Shown here one piece after another: positions 51,951-64,000 of a stretch of 64,000 nt of DNA. Made by a program: the position numbers and the translations under genes. The notes beneath the pieces are model-generated. The model had not been told where the DNA came from, made no database searches, and saw only the letters and a program-made list of their open reading frames with translations. Every line of letters begins with the position of its first letter. The stretch's first letter is position 1. The stretch comes from Octopus vulgaris (lineage: Eukaryota): the NCBI GenBank assembly GCA_951406725.2, contig OX597826.1, positions 1,240,001 through 1,304,000 on the forward strand, read 5' to 3'.

Positions 51951-53984
51951 AATATATATATGTGTGTATAGAGAGTGCTATGGGGTGATGACTCTAGTGG
52001 GGATTCTGGGTGTGTGTGTGTGTGTGTGTGTGTGTTTTTTTTTTTTTTGTTTTGTTTGTTTTTTGTGTTTTTTTTTGTTATTTTTTTTTTTGTTTTGTGT
52101 TTTTTTTTGTTTGTTTTGTGTGTTTTTTTTGTTGTGTTTTTGGTTAAATATCTATTTATTATTATGTTTTTTTTTAAATATATATTATTTATTTTTTTTT
52201 TTTTTTTATTTATAATATATTTAATTTTTAAAAAAAAAATAATATCTGTTCAACATAATTATTATTATTATTATAAAATATTATTTTTATACATATATTA
52301 TTATTATATATTGTGCTTTATTTGTTTTGTTGTTATCTATATTATTATATAAAGTGTTCTGCTATTTGTTATATATATTATTTCTGTATGTTATATGTGT
52401 TTGTTACTGTGTTTATATGTTATGTTTTTTGAATATTTTTTTATTTAATTTATGATTTTTTTTATATTTTACATTCTATTATCTATTTTTCTTTTATTTT
52501 TTTTCTTTTTCTTTTATTTTTCATTTCTTTTTTCATTGTTTTATTTACATTTTTTTATTTTTTTTTTCTATATCTGTTATTGGTCTTTTGTTCTATATAT
52601 GTGTATCGGCATATCCCAGAGTATGTTGCTTTTCGTTTTCTGTGATATTTTCTATATGTTTTTCTTTTGTTGTATATCCATAATGTGGCATATCCAATGT
52701 ATGTAGGTTCCAACTCTGTCATGTCTGTGAATATATTCCTTCTTAGCCAGGACTGACATAGATAATATGATTTATTGTTTCTTGTCTTATATATATCTGC
52801 AGTTTCTGTAATATTCTTTTCTTATTTATTTTTATGTTGGTTGGGGGTGTTTTGTTTGTTGTTTGTGTGTTCTCTGTTTTGTGTTTTTTGTGGATTTTCT
52901 TTGTCTATTTCTTTTGCGTTTTGCAGTATTTACCATGAAGGGTTTTTTTCTTTTTTTCTTTATCTATTTTTATTTATCATTTGTTTTCTTTTTTTTTTTC
53001 TTCATCATCATCTTCTTTCTTTGTGTTTATTATATATGATTTCTTGTTTGTATTTGTCAGCTTCCTTAAATACTGAGAACAGTTTTTGTTTTTTTCTTAT
53101 TCAGTTTTTTTTTGAAGTATATTTCTCTATCTATCATTTTTTACATTTTTTTTTCTTCATACATATACATTTATATATATCTTTCTATGTTTTTTTTACA
53201 TATATATCTTTTTTTTCTTGTTTTCCTATCTATTTTGGACAGTTCATTTTTCATTAATTTCTTATACATATAAGTATATATACATATTATATATATTTTT
53301 ATTTTTGTTTTTATATATACTAAGTATTATACTATTATATATTTTATTTTCTTTTCATTTCTATTTCTTATCTATATCATATATCTATATATATATATAA
53401 GTATATCTTTCTATCTATATATCTTTCTTTTCATTCTTTTCATTATCTTTTGTTGTTACTTAACTAGTTTTCCTCTTTTCATGGTTATTTGGCCATTTTT
53501 CTAATATATATCATATATATTCTTTGGTAAATCCATATAACTGTTTTAATATGTTTAATTTGTCATATTTTATCATTTTAAAATATATATATATAAATAT
53601 ATCTTTTACATTTATATATCATTCTATTTAGCATATATATATACAGTAAGCAGAAAAGGAGTAGATATATACTTAATATTCCTCTTCTATATGGGGATGT
53701 CTTTGGTTTTCATATATCTTTTTTTTATTATATATTTATTTATTCTATATATATTTTATATATTTTTATATATTATGGCTAGTGTTTCGAGGATCCATGT
53801 GTGGGGGATGCTATCAAACGCCTTTTTATATATATCTATACATATTTTCTTCTTACTGTATTCTTCTTACATTTATTAATATTATATACATATATGTTGT
53901 GCGGCATCCTTTCTGCTCTTGGGGTTTTGTTTTCGTGTGTTGTTATTTATATACATTATATATACATATATATATACAATTATT

Positions 53985-54043
<59 letters not shown>

Positions 54044-54074
54044 AAGGAATCCTTATATATATATATATTATAAA

Positions 54075-57000
54075 TATTTATCAAGGACAAATCTGCCGCT
54101 ATTCCCAGCGAGACAGATTGTGTTTGCACAGGGATTGCCCCTTTACCCATCTCCCGGGGACTCGTCGGACATTTAAAGATAACCACTCACATAAAAATAG
54201 CCGCGGCCACAGTCACCTGCGGTTCCCTAGACTTGGTGAAACCACCTCTCCTTCCTCATGTCTTTTTAGCTATAATGAATCTAGCAAAAGAACTGGAAAA
54301 AAACATCCGAGCTATCACCCATCGCCATCCACCACTATTACCCCACTACACATGCCATTAAAAAGCAATCAAATAAACAAATCACCAAAACAATTAAAAC
54401 CATCCACTCTCAACCTCAACATTTCTGCTTAATGCCCAAGGCATCAGCCCTTCCACCAATACACAAAAATGGAAGGCTTGCAGATTCCTGGAGTGACTGG
54501 GTCGAGGCCCATCCAAACCACATCCCCTTTCTTCGTCCTCACTGAAACCCATCTTAGTGACCTCCACTTGGAAGCCGAGGTGAAAGTTAAAAATTTCAAA
54601 ACCATTCGTGCTGATCGTGTTGGCAGAAGAAAGGGTGGGACTGCCATTTATGTCCATGATTCATTTCAACAGAAGCCATGAACATATTTTTCGAATGGAT
54701 ACTGCGAAGCAGTCGCTGTATTCAGTCAAACCAACAACTTAACAGTAGTTGGGCTCTACAGACCACCCCAAACGTCCCTACCATGCTTCAAGGAATGCCT
54801 CAACAGCATAAAGTGTTTCATTCAGCAGTGTCAACCTGACAACATTTTAATGATGGGAGATTTCAACCTTCCCGGGGTTGACTGGTCTACAAACAGTCTG
54901 CCGCCAGGTTCTTCTCTCTCAACCCCTGACAGGGAGGCAGTGGAATCGCTTCTTGACTTCATGGATGACTTCTTCTTGTCCCAACTGGTACTCGAACCAA
55001 CGAGATGTCACAAAAACGTCTTAGACTTAATTTTCAGCAATCACACTGATACTATCCACAATATTGCAGTGGAGAAAACCCTACTCTCCGACCATGACAT
55101 GGTTCTCTGTGATCTGAGATTTCACTGGCCAAAATGCAAAACAAATGTCATCCCTCCTGTTCATCCATTTGACACTATAGTTTTCCACAATGCAAACTGG
55201 GAAAGCGATCAATAATGATCTTGCACAAGTCGATTGGTCCTTCCACGCACACATACACACCCACTAACATCAAAAAGTCCTGGCAGTCACTTGTAGACAC
55301 CATCACGAACATATGTTCAAGACACACCCCATTAAGATCTGCAAACAAATCTAAGTGTCGAATCTAGAAATAGAAAATCTCTCATAAGGAAAATTAAAAG
55401 AATCAACAAAAAGATCAACATGCTGAAATACTGTCAACAGCAACACACCAACCTGACTGCCATCTCGTCGCTAGAGATTAAAAAACATAAACTCCAAAAC
55501 AACATGATGTCTATCATCAATAGTCAGCGAAGAGCTGAAGAGGCCTGGGCCATTGAGAGGATCAAACTCAATCCCAAAGTGTTCTTTTCATTTGCAAAAA
55601 AACACAGAGTCACTGGTTCTACTGTTGGCCCTCTGATTGATGAAAATGATATTCTTCAAGACAATGCCAAAACCATGGGAGAAATATTGCAGAAACAATA
55701 TTGCTCTGTTTTCAACAATCCTGATATGACTGATCTGGGCTGTATCAGTGATGTTACTCCCCAATACACTTTATCGGACATAACATTTGGCGCTCCTGAT
55801 GTCTTAGCAGCAATAAAGGAAATGAAGCATAATTCAGCAGTAGGTCCCGATAGGTTCCCTGCTTGTGTCTTGAAGATGTGTCAAAACCAACTTGCACCCC
55901 CTCTAGCCAATCTGTGGCGGAACTCATTGGATGCTGGATATATACCAGAAGACCTTCTATCCCAGTCTGTTGTCCCAGTTTTCAAAAAAGGAAACAAATC
56001 GCTTGCCGTGAATTTACCGTCCAATCTCACTCACCTCTCATATCATCAAGGTATTTGAGAGGGTGCTGAGATCGCGTATGACTCACTTCCTTGAGAGTCA
56101 TAATATGCTGAACCCCAACCAGCATGGATTCCGTAATGGGAGAGATTGCCTGACGCAGCTACTGCATCATTTTGATGACATTTTGAGAGCCTTGGGAGAG
56201 GGTTCCAACACTGATGTCATCTACCTTGATTTCAGCAAGGCCTTTGACAGGGTTGATCATAAGATCCTTCTGAGAAAGCTGTCCAATATTGGTGTCACTG
56301 GAAAGCTGCTGCAATGGATCAAGTGCTTCCTCTCTAACAGAACCCAACATGTTGTAGTCGAAGGAGTCAAATCCAGCCCAGCCAAAGTCAGCAGTGGTGT
56401 CCCACAAGGCACTGTGTTGGGCCCACTTCTCTTCATCATCTACATAAATGATATTACTGACACCATCAAACACAGCAACATCAGAACCTTCGCTGATGAT
56501 TCCAAGCTCCAGAAGGTCATCAATGGCGTGGATGACCGAATAAACCTTCAGTCAGACCTACTGGCTGTTGTCCAATGGGCGGAAAAGAATAACATGTTGC
56601 TAAATGAAGACAAATTCGAACTGATCCACTTTGGAAGGGAGGACGCTCTGAAACTCCACATACTCTCTTCCTTCTGGAGAAATTCTCATGGCATCCAACA
56701 ACATCAGAGACCTGGGAGTAACAGTGGACAACAACATAAGCTGGGCTACACATATAAGCAGCAAAGTTGACATGGCCCGCAGAATGTGTTCCTGGATTCT
56801 CAGAACCTTCCAGTCGAGAGATTCCCACGCTATTATCCTTCTCTTCTCCACTTTTGCCCGACCCCACCTTGAATACTGCTGTCCACTGTGGTCTCCCTAC
56901 ACAAAACAAAATATTATGAGAATTGAAGCTCCCCAAAGGTCAATCACAAAAAAGATAGATGGCATGTCAGACCTTGACTACTGGGGTAGACTAGAGAAGC

Positions 57001-57465
57001 TGAAATTGTATTCACTCCAACGACGCCGTGAACGCTACATTATCTGTATGATGTGGAAAATATTCCATCAGCACTGTCCGAATGATGTTGGCATCACCTT
57101 CAAAATGCATCCAAGGCTTGGACCACGTGCCATCCGTCCACAACAAAAATCTAAATCGCATCACATAACGACAATACGGCACAACTATTTCACCTCAATT
57201 GGACCCGCTCTCTTCAACATTACACCAGGACACGTCAAAAAAGAAACTGACCACACAAAATTCAAGAAGTCTTTGGACAAATTCCTTCAAACAGTACCGG
57301 ACAAACCATCCACACCCGGATATGTCTCCGCAAACAATAACTCTCTGCTCGAATGGGCCTTGGTGCCCAAATCCTGAACTGAAAGACTTCGCCAGGTGGT
57401 GCTATTAAGTTAGACATGGCCTGGGCCAATACTGGCCAAAAACCTTTCTAAGTTATTCTAAGTTA
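54075..57465 (+). mobile_element. Second CR1-group LINE family, 5'-truncated and frameshifted
   Basis: ORF1 remnant ICRYSQRDRLCLHRDCPFTH (CCCH). ORF2 pieces LTETHL, MGDFNLP, LSDHD, DFSKAFDRV, GVPQGTVLGP and FADD. Tail ttctaagttattctaagtt. Confidence 0.93.
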
Positions 57466-58578
<1,113 letters not shown>

Positions 58579-58582
58579 GATA

Positions 58583-61500
58583 TGATTGATTGATTGATTC
58601 CAGTTCCAGCCTATGAGCTGTGGCCATGCTGGGGCACCGCCATTTGGTGTTGCTACTTGGTTTTACTTCATGGGGGCTTTCTAGCAACTGCTATTTGGTG
58701 CATGAGAGAGTTCAGATGGCAGCTGCCCTCATCTGCCCCTCCTGCCGTGAAGTTGGTTCATCTGGGACACCAGACAGGAAGAGATCCAGCTTCATTTTAA
58801 AGACAGGTCTGTATCCACCCTTCAGGAGGATATGCAGGTCTCAGTGGCAGGTTTGGAGCCCAGTTCTGGCATTTGTGTAACTCTCGATGCCAAAGTTCAG
58901 GACACTTCCCTCCAGGATCTTCCAGATGTATATTATGGCATATCTTTCCCGCCTACGCTCCAGGGAGTATAATTTTAATCTCTTGAGTCTTTCCCAGTAG
59001 CTTACATTCTGCATAGAGGCTATCTTCTTTGTGTAGCTTCGTTGGATCGCCTCAAGTTCTGTGATCAACTTGACACTGGATGGTGACCATAGCTGAGAGC
59101 AATAGTCAAAGTGGCTTAGGACAAGTGTCTTCCAGAGGACCATCATGGTTTCTTGTTCTCTTGTTCTAAAGGTTCGAAGAATCCAGCCAGCCAGCCGTCT
59201 ACATTTCACTGTCAGTTTAGCAACATGTACATGAAAGGTCGCGTCATCACTCATGTGAATACCCAGGTCACGCACTGATTGTGCCTCTGGGATTGCAATC
59301 CCTCCGGGTCCAGTGTATTCATTGGGTATTGCATTCAGTTTTGCATGCTGATAGTATAAAGCTTGAAACTTTCCAGCATTGAACTGCATGCTATTCTTTT
59401 CAGCCCACTTGTATATTTCGTCCAGCTCACATTGCAGGTTTTTAGTGTCCTCAGGGTTCTGTATTGCCTGTGAAACTTTTGTATCATCTACATAACTTGT
59501 GATCGTGGATCTCTGCGTGGCTGAGGGCATGTCTGAGAGGGCCATTATGAACAGTAGTGGTCCCAAAACAGTGCCCTGTGGAACACCACTCATTATTTGC
59601 GTGTTAATGGAAGTGGCCCCATTGGCTACTACCACCTGACTTCTATTCTTCAGAAAGTCGTGAAGCCATTCTCCTAGTTTTCCAACTATGCCAAGATCAC
59701 GCAGCCTGTGACATATCATTCCGTGATCGACTTTATCGAAGGCCTTTGCGAAGTCGAGATATATGACTTCCACATTTGAGTGGTTGAGCAGTTGTTTCAG
59801 CACCCAGTCATAGTGCTGCAGGAGCTGAGTTAAGCAGCTTCTTCCTGGTCGGAAACCATGTTGGGTGTCAGGCAGCAAGTCATTTTCTTCAAGGAAGGTG
59901 ATCAGTTTCCTTCTGACTATTCGTTCCATGACCTTGCTGATGTGTGAGGTCAGAGAGATAGGTCTGTAGTTCTTTGCCTCCGCTCTGCTACCTCCTTTAT
60001 GAATAGGGCATATTTTACCTTCCTTCAGTCCCCTTGGAAGTTTGCCAGCTGCAAGGAAGCTCTGAAAGAGGGACTGCAGTGGTCTTGCTAAGACTCTCTT
60101 ACATACTTTTAGGAGGATTGCCGGGAATCCATCGGGGCCAGCAGCTGAGTCTATTTTCATTTCATCTATAGCCTTTATTACATCGTCTTCCTTTATCTCG
60201 ATGTAACTTATCGTCGCCGCCTCTGATTCTATATCTGCAGTGGTAAAGAAGTCAGTTGGATTGCTGATTTGGAAATGCCCAAGGGGTGGAGTGAAAACAC
60301 TCTTGAATTGTTCATTCAGTATTTCACTTACCCTCATTGGTTTTCCTGTGAGTGTGCCATCCTTTTCAAGGAGTGGCCCTATCCTACAGTGCACTGTAGC
60401 CGTTTCTTTGGCATACCTGTAGAAAGCTCTGGGGTTAGTTTTTATGTTGTCTATAGCCCAGGCTTCTTTGTCTGCTCTTTCCTTCTCATGGGAAAGTTGC
60501 AGACAATTTTCAATTTCCAACAGTTTTATTTTCAGGCGGGACTTTTCACTACTTTCAATTTGTTTGTTTAGGCGATTTGAAATTTTTGTACGCCGTCTCA
60601 TTAAAATTTTCCTCTCTCTGGGGATTTTGTTCCTGTGTACAGTGGCCTTTCTCTCTGGGACACATTTGTAGCATATGGCTTGCATTACAGACATGAATTG
60701 TTGAAGTATCATGTCGATGTCCGGCGAGGAGAGACATTCAGGCCAGTTTTGTTTGAGGATCTCTTTCTCAATTTGTTTCCAGTTTGCCTTATTGAAGTTC
60801 AAGCTGGAAAGATTCTGAGGGTTTCTTGTAGGCTGCATGTCCGTGCTCTCTTTTGGCCCGTACATGGTCAGCTCTACCATGTTGTGATCCGAGAGTAGTG
60901 TCGGTGTCACTTTCACATTATGGATGAGATCCATATTATTTGTGAAGCAGAGATCCAGTGTGTTACCTGCTCTGGTTGGTTGCAGTATTACTTGCTCCAT
61001 GTACAGGGTGTTGGTGAGGTTCAGGAGGGACCTCGCCTGTCCACGTTCACATCTTGTCATTCCTGGGAGAGAAAGGCCCTCGGGCCATCTGACATTCGGT
61101 AGATTGAAGTCTCCCAGAGAAGTACACTTATGTGTTGTTCTAATGTGGTTAGAACTTCTTCTATTTTTAAAAGGCAGTCCTCGAACTTGCCCATATGACT
61201 TGGGGCATCTGGAGGGCGATATGTAGCACACACAACTACATCAAGTTGCCTTATGTGTACAATTAGTGTGTCACACACCGAGTTTGAGTATGACAAAGGA
61301 CCTGGGGTGTGAGGTCCCCACGGATGTACATAGCAACTCCTCCATGACTCCTTTCTTTCCTGTCGGTCCGTAGTACAACATACTGTGGTATGTGTAATTC
61401 CGCATCTGCTATGTCCGGTTTCAGATGCGTTTCTGTGAGTGCTATGCATAAGGCTTGATTGCATGCGACAAAGTCTCTCAGGAACGGGACTTTTGTCCTG

Positions 61501-62284
61501 TTACTGTGTGTTAGTAAACCTCTGATGTTCAGTAGGAGCATCGAGGTGAGGTGTATGCTGTTGCCGGCGGTGTCCACCCTGGGTCCATCTGCTGTGGCGG
61601 TCTTGTGAACTGTGGGCAGTTCCATCTGCGAGCCTGAGCCTGATGGAGCCAGGTTAGCTGCTGTACAATCTTTTGTGCCATGCACAAAAAGATTCCTGCT
61701 CAGCAGCTGCCCTTTCAACAACACGTTGGTGGTTTGTGGTACGCACCACATCTGCGTACCTCCGTTTTGGGGCAGGTGATGCCTGGTCCATCCCATTTCC
61801 TTTCGGTGGTTGGTTTCTGTGGCAGGGTCCCGGATGTGCAAAGCGGCAGCCTGCACCTTCCTCTCCATGCCGGCAGGCACCTTTCAGGTAGAACCTACAT
61901 ACCCGTGTGCGCTGCTTGTTTCCATCCTTTTTGGCATATGGACCGTTAGGTTTGCCTCTGTCCCTGGCTGCCTTGTCCCTTGGCTTTGTCTGAGTTTTAG
62001 CTTCAGTTTTTCCTCTTTTTTTGGCCTCTTCATCTCCATGTCCACGGCTTTTGGAGCCGGTAGGAGCATCCGTACCTGGGTTCACCTCCCGGGCAGGCCT
62101 ATCGTTGGAGTTTTCTTCCTGGGCGTCCACCAGGTGGGGGTGACCCTCCTCATCTGCGCCCACGTCTCCATCCTTGCCATCTTTACTTTGTTCGCGTTTT
62201 TCGCTGTTAAAAATGGCATCCAGTGTGTTTATGTGCGATCTGACAAGTGCGTATGAGCGTACGAACTCTTGCCTCTTCCGCTCT
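58583..62284 (-). mobile_element. Apparently full-length CR1-group LINE (same family as 42452-46183)
   Basis: Short 5' UTR starting at the (TA)n edge, ORF1 with CCCH finger, ORF2 from 61541 with frameshifts and a long open RT stretch (YVDD), and a (TCAA)n tail. Confidence 0.95.

Positions 62285-64000
<1,716 letters not shown>

Noticed and set aside
51964-53400. Hydrophobic F/L/I-rich ORFs resembling membrane or mitochondrial proteins
   Set aside because: They come from T-rich low-complexity, probably error-rich sequence with no conserved motifs.

Overview
AT-rich, microsatellite-rich animal genomic DNA. The repeat complement (tRNA-derived SINEs with RTE- or CR1-type tails, RTE LINEs with (GAT)n tails) looks like an octopus or other coleoid cephalopod; this is an inference. 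The only host gene I can support is the 3' half of a SNF2-family ATPase, most likely TTF2/lodestar. It has 10 coding exons on the + strand (4877-34569), all GT-AG and phase-consistent. Its introns and the downstream 30 kb are filled with mobile DNA: pogo/Tigger and mariner transposons, MITEs, Helitron-like ends, many SINEs, RTE LINEs with a PHD finger inside ORF2, CR1-group LINEs with a CCCH-finger ORF1 embedded in (TA)n arrays, and a Penelope-like element. The most notable non-coding signal is a set of hammerhead ribozyme motifs. One is an extended type I hammerhead in a ~320-bp non-coding insert (retrozyme-like). Two minimal copies cap a ~6-kb near-perfect intronic palindrome. Another is a U3-A8 compensatory variant downstream of the Penelope ORF. 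There is a 100-N gap at 49461-49560, and about 4 kb after it looks like low-quality sequence. Exon coordinates were read base by base; most repeat boundaries are approximate.
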